Counted from the first letter of the stretch, positions 18,493-28,383 are shown. The stretch is 64,000 nt of DNA from Candidatus Omnitrophota bacterium (GCA_028716705.1 JAQUPI010000001.1:65614-129613); one strand, 5' to 3'. The notes: generated by a model not told the origin, from the sequence alone. Numbers and translations: made by a program.

Positions 18493-18867
18493 ATGAAAAA
18501 GATCATTCTTTGTTCGGCTCTTTGTTTCTTAACCATGAACTTAGGCTGCGCGCCTTTGATCATAGGAGGGGCGGTAGGCGCGCTCGGAGGTTACGCCGCC
18601 AGCAAGGATACTATTGAAGGCCATACTGATAAAGGGTATGACAATCTCTGGCGTTCAGCCCTCACGGTGGCCAGGATCCGCGGGCAGGTAAGAGAGGAAG
18701 ACAGAGTAAGAGGCTATATTGAATTAGAAGCGGAATCCAGCCGTGTTTATATCCGGATCGTAAGGCTTACAGCCGCTACTACCAGGATCAGGGTATCCGC
18801 CCGCAAATATCATCTGCCTAATTTAGCTTTGGCCCAGGACATATATGTTAAGATCATGGAGCAATAA
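18493..18867 (+). CDS. Lipoprotein of unknown function
   Basis: MKKIILCSALCFLTMNLGCAP signal with lipobox, 124 aa. The upstream in-frame extension from 18406 lacks an RBS. Confidence 0.5.
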   Translation: MKKIILCSALCFLTMNLGCAPLIIGGAVGALGGYAASKDTIEGHTDKGYDNLWRSALTVARIRGQVREEDRVRGYIELEAESSRVYIRIVRLTAATTRIRVSARKYHLPNLALAQDIYVKIMEQ

Positions 18868-18868
18868 G

Positions 18869-19597
18869 ATGACCCAGGCGCCTTCCAACATATACAGGCA
18901 AGCAGCCAATTTTGTTACCATCTCAAGCCTTGTATGCGGATTTAGTTCCATAATCTTCTGCATTGAAGGGCATTTTACCTTTGCCTCATGGGCGATAATT
19001 TTGTCCGTTCTCCTGGACGGGTTGGACGGCCAGCTCGCGAGGAAAAATCCCGTACCCAGCGAATTCGGAAAGGAGCTGGACTCACTGGTTGACGTGGTCA
19101 GCTTCGGGATAGCCCCGTCGATGCTCGGCTACATCTTTATTTACAGGGATTTTTATTTCTCGGCGACCCTGGCCCTTTTTTATTATCTGTTTTGCAGCGT
19201 AATGCGCCTGGCAAAATACAATATTACGCCTAAAGAGAAACTGGTTAATTATTTCTACGGCCTTCCCACTACCGTCGGCGGAGGAATTTTAGCTTCATTT
19301 ATCCTGATATTCAGGAAGGGCAAAGATATATCTCCGCTTCCGAAATTCGTTCCGTCAATATTCCTGCTTATGGTTTTGGTCCTGGCCTTTCTGATGGTTT
19401 CCCGTGTCAGATATTTAAACCTGGACGCCTTGAAACAACTGCTGGCGAGGAAAATAAGGTTAACCATAGCGGTTTTATCGGTTTTATTAGTCCTTGCCTT
19501 ATTGCTGAGAAAAGCGGGCGTCTTCATATTCGCGTTATTCTTAATTTACTTGCTTTTTTCCCCGTTTGTGGTAAAAAGATTAAATAATACAGGTTAG
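18869..19597 (+). CDS. pssA: CDP-alcohol phosphatidyltransferase (phosphatidylserine synthase-like)
   Basis: …LDGLDGQLARK… matches the D-G-x2-A-R family motif. Multi-TM. Start MTQAPSN sits right after the upstream stop. Confidence 0.7.
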   Translation: MTQAPSNIYRQAANFVTISSLVCGFSSIIFCIEGHFTFASWAIILSVLLDGLDGQLARKNPVPSEFGKELDSLVDVVSFGIAPSMLGYIFIYRDFYFSATLALFYYLFCSVMRLAKYNITPKEKLVNYFYGLPTTVGGGILASFILIFRKGKDISPLPKFVPSIFLLMVLVLAFLMVSRVRYLNLDALKQLLARKIRLTIAVLSVLLVLALLLRKAGVFIFALFLIYLLFSPFVVKRLNNTG

Positions 19598-19603
19598 TTA
19601 TCA

Positions 19604-19676
19604 GCCGAGGTAGCTCAGTGGTAGAGCGCGGCCCTGAAAAGGCCGGCGTGGGGGGTCCGATTCCCTCCCTCGGCAT
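19604..19676 (+). tRNA. tRNA-Phe (GAA)
   Basis: Acceptor GCCGAGG/CCTCGGC. Anticodon arm CGGCC-CTGAAAA-GGCCG gives anticodon GAA. Discriminator A. The T-loop reads TCCGATT, with C at position 55. Confidence 0.75.
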
Positions 19677-19714
19677 TTTTTATTTGGGAGGGGTAAACAG
19701 GGCGGAGGCCATAA

Positions 19715-20182
19715 ATGAAGAAGGCCCAAAAGATTACGATCTGGTTATTGCCGCTTATTGTCATAGGCGGATTATTTTACCCCATACTAGGCTATCTTGT
19801 CCTGGCGATGATGGCGGTACTCCTGGTGATGTCAATTTTCAAAGGAAGACATTGGTGCTGGAACCTTTGCCCGAGAGGGGCATTCCTGGATATTGTAATG
19901 CCAAGGGCAAGCCTGAATAAGCCTGTACCAAAATTATTTGCCAGGCAGTGGTTTCGCTGGTCGGTATTCTTTGCGTTCATGATTTTTCTGGTATTCCGTC
20001 TTTCCCGGAGCGGGGGGAGTTTTGCGGCGGTAGGAGCGGTTTTTGTGGGGATGTGTATAATCACGACCGTAATTTCGGTCATTTTAGGCGCTGCGACAAA
20101 ACACAGGGCCTGGTGCGCCATATGCCCGATGGGAACTCTTCAGGAAAAGGCAGGAAAGGTCAGATCAGCGGGATCAAAGTGA
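19715..20182 (+). CDS. Membrane protein with two CxxxCPxG-type motifs (Fer4_5-like putative Fe-S binding)
   Basis: 155 aa, 4 TM. Motifs WCWNLCPRGAFLD and WCAICPMGTLQE. Confidence 0.5.
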   Translation: MKKAQKITIWLLPLIVIGGLFYPILGYLVLAMMAVLLVMSIFKGRHWCWNLCPRGAFLDIVMPRASLNKPVPKLFARQWFRWSVFFAFMIFLVFRLSRSGGSFAAVGAVFVGMCIITTVISVILGAATKHRAWCAICPMGTLQEKAGKVRSAGSK

Positions 20183-21457
20183 CAGCCTTTTTATGGTAAA
20201 GTAGGTGATACCGAATATCCCGCCCTCTATTATCACAGTCGCGATCGCGGCGCCCACATAAGAAAAAGAATATATAAAAAGAAAGATCAAAGGCAGCCCC
20301 GTCATGGCCATAACCACGTGAATGCGCGAATAAATGTGCGTTTTCCCGCAGACAAGCAAGAATTGCACCCGGAAGGCATTCGCGATAATGAAAAATACCG
20401 AAATCAGCAGAAGCCGCAAAGATAAGACCGCCTCGTAGTATTCACCCGCGCAGATGAATTTAACGATCAAAGGCGAAAAGACAAAGAACAGCGGCAGGAC
20501 GATGAGGGAAATATTCGTCGTAACCTGCTGCGTCTTCTCCATGATCTCAAACGCCATATGTTTATTCCTGTGGAATATTTTACTGAGGCGGGGGAACATT
20601 GCCTGTGAAAATGAAGTGAGCGGGAAGGTCTGGACAAGGTTGGCGACTTTTTCAGCAACGGTGTAAAACCCGGTCAGGACATTGTTGGTGAGAAGGCCGA
20701 CGGTAAATATCCTGGTCGTCGTGTACGCGTTTATGGCCACGATAGAGATGAAGATGTCCCATCCCGCCGTAAGTTGTTTGCGCAGGTTATCGTATTCGGG
20801 GAATTTGAATTTTACTTTGAACCTTCTTGAGACCACGTACAATCCCAGCACGCCGGTCATCAAGAACACCGCGGAATTTATTAAGGGAACCATCAGGAAG
20901 TCCTGCGGCCCCTTGACAAACATAAAGATCGAAGCCGCGTAGAATACGCCTCCCAGAATATTGATTTCGGCGATATGCCTCATTTTTTCCGTGCCCTGGA
21001 AAAACCACATAGGAAAAAGGGTATTGCCCAGCACTGTCCCGAAGCTTAACACATAGACCATCCAGTTATGCCTGAATTTAGGGATGAAATAAACCATTAT
21101 CCCCATTATCGCCAGGCTTAACAGCGCCAGCAGTATCTTTACGGTCAATACTGAAGAGAATATCGAGCAGACTTTATCATGTTCTTCCCGGCACAGGGAG
21201 ATCTCCTTTGTGGCCGAGATGCTGAATCCGTAGTCGGTGAGGATCATAAAATATTGAACGAATGCCTGCGCGAAGGAGATCAGGCCGAACTTGGCCGGAC
21301 CGATCACCCGGAACATGTAAGGCAGGACAATGACCGGGAGCAGGTAGGTTATGGATTGCAGCACCGAAAGGCTGGCAAAATTCTTCATTACGACTTTGCG
21401 CTCTTCCGGGTCGATCAATTTGGCGGTTTTCTTGATCAGTTTTATCAGGTATTTCAT
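20174..21457 (-). CDS. wzx: Polysaccharide biosynthesis protein / oligosaccharide flippase (Wzx family)
   Basis: 427 aa, ~12 TM. N-terminus …SLSVLQSITYLLPVIVLPYMFRVIGPAKFGLISFAQAF… is typical of Wzx/PST flippases. Confidence 0.75.
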   Translation of the reverse strand: MKYLIKLIKKTAKLIDPEERKVVMKNFASLSVLQSITYLLPVIVLPYMFRVIGPAKFGLISFAQAFVQYFMILTDYGFSISATKEISLCREEHDKVCSIFSSVLTVKILLALLSLAIMGIMVYFIPKFRHNWMVYVLSFGTVLGNTLFPMWFFQGTEKMRHIAEINILGGVFYAASIFMFVKGPQDFLMVPLINSAVFLMTGVLGLYVVSRRFKVKFKFPEYDNLRKQLTAGWDIFISIVAINAYTTTRIFTVGLLTNNVLTGFYTVAEKVANLVQTFPLTSFSQAMFPRLSKIFHRNKHMAFEIMEKTQQVTTNISLIVLPLFFVFSPLIVKFICAGEYYEAVLSLRLLLISVFFIIANAFRVQFLLVCGKTHIYSRIHVVMAMTGLPLIFLFIYSFSYVGAAIATVIIEGGIFGITYFTIKRLSL

Positions 21458-21545
21458 GCATTTAATTTACATCTTCCGGTAAGCAAAGTCAAGATTGTCA
21501 ATATAATCCTTAGCATTTTGGATGACCTAGTGATATAATTTTATT

Positions 21546-22766
21546 ATGATGAAATTTCCGAAAGATTTCCTTTGGGGGGCGGCGACAAGCGCTTACCAGG
21601 TCGAAGGCAACAATAAAAACAGCGATTGGTGGGAATGGGAAAGCTCCTCCGGGAAAGAGCGTTCGGCAGAGGCCTGCAGGCATTATCAATTTTACGAGCA
21701 GGACTTTGACCTCGCGAAAGGATTAAACCATAATGCCCACCGCCTCTCCATCGAATGGAGCCGCATTGAACCTGAAAAGGGGAAATTTTCGGAAAGCGAA
21801 CTGGGGCATTATCTTGACGTCATTACCTCCCTTAAGAAACGCGGTATCGAGCCGTTGGTTACGCTGCATCATTTTACTAACCCGCTTTGGCTAAGCAGGT
21901 CGGGAGGATGGGCAAGCAGGCGGGCCATCGCGGCATTCTTACGTTACTGCAATTTTATTGTTCCCGCGCTCGCTAAACATGTCCGTTATTGGTTTACCAT
22001 AAACGAACCTAATGTCTATGTTTATCACGCCTATATTTTGGGGGTATGGCCTCCTCAGAAAAAGTCTTATTTTAAGGCCAAGGCGGCGGAGGGCAATCTT
22101 CTCCGGGCGCATATTAAGGCCTACCGCTTGATATATAAAATCTACAGGCGTTCAAAGCTCGCTGTGCCTAATGTCAGTTTTGCCCATAACACCATGTCTT
22201 TCGTTCCCTGTACGCGGAGATTGAAAGACCGGCTTGCCGCCAGGCTGAGAGATAATTGGTATAATTTCGGGCCGCTGAATAAAGTTATTAAGCGCAAGGC
22301 CCTGGATTTTATCGGTATAAATTATTATTCCAGGCAGTTGGTTGACTTGAAAAAGTGGGGGATACGGAACCTGGCTGTGGACACATGCGATAAAAACCAC
22401 CATCCCGTAAAAAAGAACTCTTTGGGCTGGGATATTTATCCGCAAGGCCTGTACGAGCTGCTCTTAAAGCTTAGAAAATACAACCTGCCTGTAATTATCA
22501 GCGAAAACGGGATCTGTACGCAAGACGATAATTTACGCTGGGAGTATATTCATGAGCACCTTAAACATATCCATATGGCCATGAATAAGGGCGCCGAGGT
22601 GCGGGGATATCTTTACTGGTCGCTTTTGGACAATTTTGAGTGGGACAAGGGTTTTGGCCCGAGGTTCGGCCTTATTCATGTGGATTACGATAGTTATAGA
22701 AGGACGGTGAAGGAAAGCGCCAGGAAATTGGCGGAGGTAAGCAAAACCGGCTATTTAGCCGTATGA
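21546..22766 (+). CDS. Glycoside hydrolase family 1 beta-glucosidase
   Basis: FLWGAATSAYQVEGN, NHNAHRLSIEWSRIEP, TINEPNVY (acid/base Glu) and ISENG (nucleophile Glu) motifs. Confidence 0.85.
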   Translation: MMKFPKDFLWGAATSAYQVEGNNKNSDWWEWESSSGKERSAEACRHYQFYEQDFDLAKGLNHNAHRLSIEWSRIEPEKGKFSESELGHYLDVITSLKKRGIEPLVTLHHFTNPLWLSRSGGWASRRAIAAFLRYCNFIVPALAKHVRYWFTINEPNVYVYHAYILGVWPPQKKSYFKAKAAEGNLLRAHIKAYRLIYKIYRRSKLAVPNVSFAHNTMSFVPCTRRLKDRLAARLRDNWYNFGPLNKVIKRKALDFIGINYYSRQLVDLKKWGIRNLAVDTCDKNHHPVKKNSLGWDIYPQGLYELLLKLRKYNLPVIISENGICTQDDNLRWEYIHEHLKHIHMAMNKGAEVRGYLYWSLLDNFEWDKGFGPRFGLIHVDYDSYRRTVKESARKLAEVSKTGYLAV

Positions 22767-22861
22767 GGAAAAAAGTCAATAAATAAGAGAACGGTCAAGT
22801 TTACAAAGTTAATTTTAATGATAAGATTTTTAGGGCGTAATATACGCCTGGGGAGGTCATA

Positions 22862-25108
22862 ATGCGCAGGGCCCTTCTTTTTATTCTGCCGATCCTGGTC
22901 ATTGTCTCGCTTGCCTTTACGGTCTTCGGCGTGATCCAGGTTCGTTACGAAGAAGAGAAGCTCATGGACGACCTGCAAAGAAAGGCTAACGCCGTCTGCG
23001 AGACCCTGGTCTTTTCCGCTAGGCACATACTTCTCAATAACGACTTAAAAAACGCCAACAGGCTTGTGGAGAGTTTCCAAAAAAGGGAGAGGCTTCAGGG
23101 CTGCGTGATATACGGTAAAGACGCTAAAATACTCGCGATCACGGAAAGGATCTCTGACTGGCAGCAAAAAGACAGGCCTTACCTGAACGATGTGTTGCTA
23201 AATAAAGAACCGCGTGCGGCGTTTGAGGAATTCAGGGGGTATTCAGTTTACAGCTATATTTTACCCGTTACCGATGAAGAAAGCAACGCCCTGGGCCTGG
23301 TAGAGGTAGTCTACGATACGTCTTTTGTTTTCACGACGCTGGCAGCTTTATGGAAACGCTTAAGCTTATCTTTGATAATCTTGCTGGTCTTGATCGTGCT
23401 GGTAATGCTCTTGATACAAAGGCGGATATTCACCCTGCCTATTGTCAGGCTCACCGAATGGTTCCATTATTTCCAAAAGGGCGTTACAGATATGCCGCAC
23501 CCCATCAAGGAAAAGAGCGAATTGGGAAAGCTCGCCAGTGAAGTAGAACAGGTCGCGCTCAGCTTAAGAGTGGCGCGCAGGACAATTTCCGATGAGGCGC
23601 TTACGCGTCTTGAAAAAGAAGAGATCTGGACCGAGGCGAAATTAAGAGACCTGATCCACGCCAAGCTGGGCGAGCACGCGCTTTTTGTGGTATCGAACAG
23701 AGAGCCATACATGCATGTTATAGACGAGATCAGCGGCAAACCGAAATGCTTACGGCCGGCAAGCGGCGTAGTTACGGCCATACACCCGATATTATGCGCC
23801 TGCGGGGGCACATGGATCGCCCATGGAAGCGGCAACGCTGACAGGAAATTCGTCAATTCAAAAGACAAGCTCGGGGTCCCGACCGAAGACAACCGCTATA
23901 TCCTGAAACGGGTGTGGTTGACCAAGGAAGAGGAGGAAGGGTATTATTACGGATTTGCCAATGAAGGCCTCTGGCCGCTCTGCCATAATACGCATACCAG
24001 GCCTATATTCAGGGAGGCAGACTGGCAGATGTACAAAAAGGTGAACCGCAAATTCTGCGACAGCGTCTTGGAGGAACTGCCCGCGAAGAACCCTTTTTTA
24101 TTCATACAGGACTATCACTTTACCCTGCTGGCCAAAATGATCAAAGAGAAAAGGCCCGACGTGAGAATCGCCCTGTTTTGGCATATACCGTGGCCCAATC
24201 CGGAGAATTTCTCGATCTGCCCGTACCAGGAAGAGATCCTGGACGGCATGCTGGGATGCGATCTGATCGGTTTTCACGTACAAAACCATTGTAATAATTT
24301 CCTTGATACCGCCAACAGGCTCCTTGAATCCAGGGTGGACACAGAAAAATTCAGCGTTGTCCGTTTTGGAAAAGAAACGTTTGTCAGGGCTTTCCCCATA
24401 AGCGTAAACGGCCACGCCAACGGTAAAGGCAGCTTCAAGGTGGAACCGGAAAGGGAGATCGAGAAATTAAGGAAAGAATATGAGCTGGAAGGGAAGATCG
24501 TGGGTATCGGTGTGGACAGGATAGATTACACAAAAGGCATTGTTGAAAGGGTCCTGGCTATTGACAGGTTCCTGGAAAAATACCCGGAGTACAGGAAAAA
24601 GCTGGTGTTTATCCAGTTGGCCGCGCCCAGCCGCACGCACATCAAGCGTTATCACGACCTGATGGGCGAGATCGATGAGCTGATAGAGAAGACGAATTGG
24701 AAGTACATGGATGGCAACTGGGCGCCGATCATTTACCTGAAGAGGTATTTTTCTTCCGATGAGATAGAGCCTTTTTATATGCTGGCGGATTTTTGTGTCG
24801 TAAGTTCCCTGCACGACGGAATGAACCTGGTGGCTAAGGAATTTGTCGCCTCCAGGAGCGATTTAAACGGCGCTCTGATCCTCAGCCAATTTACGGGAGC
24901 GGCCAGGGAACTCACGGATTCCATACAGATCAACCCTTATTCCATAGAAGATTTCGCCGACAGCATAAAGCTTGCCATAGAAATGCCGCCGGAAGAAAAA
25001 AGAAGGCGCATGGAGAATATGCACAAGCAGATAACCGAGAATAACGTCTATCGTTGGGCGGCGAATATCATTGTTGATCTAACCGCTTTAAAAAACATAC
25101 AGGCTTAA
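22862..25108 (+). CDS. otsA: Membrane sensor-HAMP-trehalose-6-phosphate synthase (GT20/OtsA) fusion
   Basis: TM1 (aa 5-25), ~140 aa extracytoplasmic segment, TM2 (LSLSLIILLVLIVLVMLLI), HAMP-like linker, then an OtsA domain (…IQDYHFTLLA…, FWHIPWPNPE…, …ADFCVVSSLHDGMNLVAKEF…). Confidence 0.8.
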   Translation: MRRALLFILPILVIVSLAFTVFGVIQVRYEEEKLMDDLQRKANAVCETLVFSARHILLNNDLKNANRLVESFQKRERLQGCVIYGKDAKILAITERISDWQQKDRPYLNDVLLNKEPRAAFEEFRGYSVYSYILPVTDEESNALGLVEVVYDTSFVFTTLAALWKRLSLSLIILLVLIVLVMLLIQRRIFTLPIVRLTEWFHYFQKGVTDMPHPIKEKSELGKLASEVEQVALSLRVARRTISDEALTRLEKEEIWTEAKLRDLIHAKLGEHALFVVSNREPYMHVIDEISGKPKCLRPASGVVTAIHPILCACGGTWIAHGSGNADRKFVNSKDKLGVPTEDNRYILKRVWLTKEEEEGYYYGFANEGLWPLCHNTHTRPIFREADWQMYKKVNRKFCDSVLEELPAKNPFLFIQDYHFTLLAKMIKEKRPDVRIALFWHIPWPNPENFSICPYQEEILDGMLGCDLIGFHVQNHCNNFLDTANRLLESRVDTEKFSVVRFGKETFVRAFPISVNGHANGKGSFKVEPEREIEKLRKEYELEGKIVGIGVDRIDYTKGIVERVLAIDRFLEKYPEYRKKLVFIQLAAPSRTHIKRYHDLMGEIDELIEKTNWKYMDGNWAPIIYLKRYFSSDEIEPFYMLADFCVVSSLHDGMNLVAKEFVASRSDLNGALILSQFTGAARELTDSIQINPYSIEDFADSIKLAIEMPPEEKRRRMENMHKQITENNVYRWAANIIVDLTALKNIQA

Positions 25109-25116
25109 GGCAACGG

Positions 25117-25908
25117 ATGGAGCATCTTTTTAAGGATTGGGAGGGCAGAAAAAAAGAATTCTCAGGGAAGACCCTGGCCTTTTTCTTTGATTTCGACGGT
25201 ACGCTTACGCCTATTGTAAGAAACCCGGGAAAGGCAGCCTTGCCTTTAGGAGTCAGAGGGCTGTTAAGAAAAATATCGGTAAACGGCAGGCACAGGCTGG
25301 CCATTGTAAGCGGCAGGGCGCTGGCGGACATTAAGAAAAAGATAAGCATCAGCGGTATAACCTACGTTGGCAATTACGGCCTGGAAATAGACGGGCCGAA
25401 GATAAGTTTCAGCAGCCCCGTTTCCCCCGGTTATAAAAAGGCGCTCAAATGCATAAAGAACTATATCAGCGATAGGATCGCCGTTATCAACGGCGCGCTG
25501 TTGGAGGATAAGGGTTTATCGTTGAGCCTTCATTACCGCCTTGCGCAGAGGAGTCAGATACCCAAAATAAAGAGCATTTTGCTTGAAGCGCTGACAATGT
25601 ATTCGGCCACGGATAAGATAAAAATAAATCTTGGGAAGAAGGTCTTTGAGATCCGTCCGGCCGGAGAATGGGGGAAGGGTAAGGTCGTGTTATGGCTTTT
25701 GGCGAGATGGCGGTTTAATAATAAGGACAAGGAAGTACTGCCTATTTATGCCGGAGACGATACAAGCGATGAAGAAGCCTTTAAGGCCCTGCGGAATGAG
25801 GGTATTACCATATTTGTGGGAGAAGCAAAGAAATCCTGCGCCCGCTATTATCTTAAAGATACAAGGGAAGTAAAAAATTTCTTGAAAGAAATTTCTAACC
25901 TGCGATAA
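25117..25908 (+). CDS. otsB: Trehalose-6-phosphate phosphatase (HAD superfamily)
   Basis: FFFDFDGTLTP (DxDGT motif I) and …GDDTSDEEAF (motif IV). Adjacent to otsA. Confidence 0.75.
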   Translation: MEHLFKDWEGRKKEFSGKTLAFFFDFDGTLTPIVRNPGKAALPLGVRGLLRKISVNGRHRLAIVSGRALADIKKKISISGITYVGNYGLEIDGPKISFSSPVSPGYKKALKCIKNYISDRIAVINGALLEDKGLSLSLHYRLAQRSQIPKIKSILLEALTMYSATDKIKINLGKKVFEIRPAGEWGKGKVVLWLLARWRFNNKDKEVLPIYAGDDTSDEEAFKALRNEGITIFVGEAKKSCARYYLKDTREVKNFLKEISNLR

Positions 25909-25914
25909 AAGACA

Positions 25915-26583
25915 ATGGAAGAATTAATAAAAGCGAAAGAGCCGTTCAGGTTTTACACTAGGCTGCATTTAACTGAATTGACGGGGCTTCGCGCCTCCAC
26001 ATTGAACCAGCTGTTGGGCCTGCTCAGGGAAGTTCCTGATGCCTGTATTTACCATCACACGCACAGGTTCTTGCAGCAGCACCAGTATCTTTCTCCCGAG
26101 CCGCCGAATGATTTTGCCTATTGGGTAAGCGAGATACTGGGGGAAGACAATCTCGGGGAAAGATTAGCCAGTATTGACACGATACAATTCTCCACTATCA
26201 GCGGATTACGGGAAGAGATAATCAGGACAATAGAGGAGTATTTAAAGACAAATACGTTAGCTAAAATGAGGTTCGCGGGGGAAGGGGAAGAGTTTTATTT
26301 CATAAAGTCGGTAAGCTTTATCCTCCCGACAGAATATACGGTCAACGACCTTAAGGAATTCGTGGAAGTATTGAAGAAAATAACCATAGATTCCATATAC
26401 TTTCATATTTTCGAGGCCCGCTTGAGGCTGGGCAAGGGCGGTAACGACTTTTCCAACTGGATAGAAAGCTCCATCGGAGATAAACAATTAGCCGCGAGGA
26501 TCGCCAGGCTTGATCCTTATACCCATACCCTGGAAGACCTGCGCAATAACTTGTTAAAGATCATAAGCAACAGGATCGCTTAA
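25915..26583 (+). CDS. Conserved hypothetical protein in trehalose cluster
   Basis: 222 aa soluble, no recognisable motif. Start sits 7 nt after the otsB stop; its stop is 2 nt before the treT start. Confidence 0.4.
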   Translation: MEELIKAKEPFRFYTRLHLTELTGLRASTLNQLLGLLREVPDACIYHHTHRFLQQHQYLSPEPPNDFAYWVSEILGEDNLGERLASIDTIQFSTISGLREEIIRTIEEYLKTNTLAKMRFAGEGEEFYFIKSVSFILPTEYTVNDLKEFVEVLKKITIDSIYFHIFEARLRLGKGGNDFSNWIESSIGDKQLAARIARLDPYTHTLEDLRNNLLKIISNRIA

Positions 26584-26584
26584 G

Positions 26585-27796
26585 ATGCCAAGCATAGAAG
26601 AATATATACCCATTGTCGGAGAATCCACCATATACGACCTAAGGTTGATCACCGAAAGGTTAAAGGGCAAGGTCATACAGCATGTGAATTCTACCGCTGT
26701 GGGCGGGGGAGTGGCGGAAATATTAAACCGTATGGTCCCCTTATGCAAGGAGCTTGGCGCCGATGTAAGGTGGGAAGTGATCAAAGGCGGAGAACAATTC
26801 TTTGAAGTCACCAAGAAATTCCATAATGTCCTTCACGGCAGGCGTGAAGAGATCACCCAGAATGATTTTGATGTCTTTATGGAGACCAGCGAAAAGAATA
26901 TCAATGAAGCAAATATTTACGGCGACATTATTTTCATACATGACCCCCAACCGGTAGCTTTAATAAAGAAGAAGAAGGAGAATAAGTGGATCTGGCGCTG
27001 CCACATCGATGTTTCCAACCCGGATCAAACGGTATGGCAATTCCTGGTAAACTTTATCGAGCAATACGATTCGGCTGTTTTTTCCGCCCCTTCTTTTTCC
27101 CGCAGGCTGCCGGTCAAGCAGTTCATGATCCCTCCCTCCATCGATCCCTTAAGCGACAAAAATAAAGAGCTGCCGCAGGAAACCATAGATAAAATTTTAA
27201 ACAAATACAGTATCGTAAAAGATAAACCTATAATTACCCAGATATCAAGGTTTGACCGCTTAAAGGACCCTGTGGGGGTCATCGACGCTTATCTTCAGGT
27301 GAAAAGATATGTAGATTGCCAGCTCATTTTGGCGGGAGGGGGCGCTACTGACGACCCTGAAGGCCCGAAAGTCTTTGAAGAAGTGCAGGAACTGGCAAAA
27401 AAGGATAAAGATATACATATTTTATTGCTGCCGCATAACGATATAGAGGTAAATGCCTTGCAGAGAGCCTCGACCATCATCATCCAAAAATCGTTGCGGG
27501 AAGGCTTTGGATTGACCGTAGCCGAAGCCCTCTGGAAGGGTAAACCCGTAGTTGCTTCGAATGTCGGCGGGATCCCGCTGCAGATCAAGCACAGGTATTC
27601 GGGCCTGCTATGCCATTCAATCCAGGGGGCAAGCTTTGCCTTAAAACAGCTTCTGAACAGCCCGGAATACGCGAAGAAATTGGGGCAAAATGGAAGGGAA
27701 CATATAAAAAATAATTTCCTTATTACGCGCCACCTCAGGGACCACATGCTCTTATTCCTTTCTTTATACCATAAAGAGGATATAGTCTACCTGTAA
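26585..27796 (+). CDS. treT: Trehalose glycosyltransferring synthase TreT-like GT4 glycosyltransferase
   Basis: HVNSTAVGGGVAEIL, HDPQPVAL, WRCHIDVS, MIPPSIDPLSDKN, IITQISRFDRLKD, DDPEG, REGFGLTVAEALWKGKPV: a motif-by-motif match to archaeal/bacterial TreT as I recall it. Confidence 0.7.
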   Translation: MPSIEEYIPIVGESTIYDLRLITERLKGKVIQHVNSTAVGGGVAEILNRMVPLCKELGADVRWEVIKGGEQFFEVTKKFHNVLHGRREEITQNDFDVFMETSEKNINEANIYGDIIFIHDPQPVALIKKKKENKWIWRCHIDVSNPDQTVWQFLVNFIEQYDSAVFSAPSFSRRLPVKQFMIPPSIDPLSDKNKELPQETIDKILNKYSIVKDKPIITQISRFDRLKDPVGVIDAYLQVKRYVDCQLILAGGGATDDPEGPKVFEEVQELAKKDKDIHILLLPHNDIEVNALQRASTIIIQKSLREGFGLTVAEALWKGKPVVASNVGGIPLQIKHRYSGLLCHSIQGASFALKQLLNSPEYAKKLGQNGREHIKNNFLITRHLRDHMLLFLSLYHKEDIVYL

Positions 27797-27819
27797 ATAC
27801 AGCTAAGGAATTCCGCGCA

Positions 27820-27858
27820 AAAAAAAGCCGTCGATCTAGATCAACGGCTTTTTTTTGG
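27820..27858. terminator. Bidirectional intrinsic terminator between treT (+) and csp (-)
   Basis: A-run, then hairpin agccgt-cgatctagatca-acggct, then T-run. Confidence 0.6.
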
Positions 27859-27878
27859 GTTACTTAGAGCTGTTAAGC

Positions 27879-28079
27879 TTAAAGCTTCGTTACGTTGGTA
27901 GCTTGTTCGCCTTTCGGGCCCTGAGTCACGTCAAACTCGACTTCCTGGCCTTCCTCTAAGGTTTTATAGCCTTCTCCTTTGATTGCGCTATGATGCACAA
28001 AAACGTCTTTACCGTTTTCAGAAGTAATAAAGCCATAACCCTTCTGATTGCTGAACCACTTCACTTTACCTCTTGCCAT
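27879..28079 (-). CDS. cspA: Cold-shock protein (CspA family)
   Basis: 66 aa [18 protein letters not shown]…VFVHHSAI…, with RNP1/RNP2 motifs. Confidence 0.9.
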   Translation of the reverse strand: MARGKVKWFSNQKGYGFITSENGKDVFVHHSAIKGEGYKTLEEGQEVEFDVTQGPKGEQATNVTKL

Positions 28080-28308
28080 TTGTTACTTTTCACCTCCCTC
28101 ACGACTAACAAAAAACCGTAAAGCTTATTAGTTAACTTCCTGCCTTACGGTTCGTGTTAGCTTACTAATGTCTTTACTCCTTGTGAATCCAGAACTTAGA
28201 TGAAGTATAACATCTTTTTCGGTTTTGTCAACACTTTTTTAATAAATATTTCTTTTAAACGCTTTAAAGCGAACAGGTTGCCCTTTCCCATTCGTAAGAA
28301 AGGCGGGA

Positions 28309-28336
28309 TTGACTATTCTCAAAAAGTTGGTATAAT
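28309..28336 (+). promoter_or_regulatory. Sigma70-like promoter for tRNA-Thr
   Basis: TTGACT - 16 nt - TATAAT, about 47 nt upstream of the tRNA. Confidence 0.5.
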
Positions 28337-28383
28337 ACCTAAAGTTTCCTTTGAAATCATGTCATAATAGTCAACTTAACGAC

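Noticed and set aside
19618-19920. 100-aa plus-strand ORF starting inside tRNA-Phe
   Set aside because: It overlaps the tRNA and the real downstream gene (19715-20182) in another frame. It is a spurious ORF.
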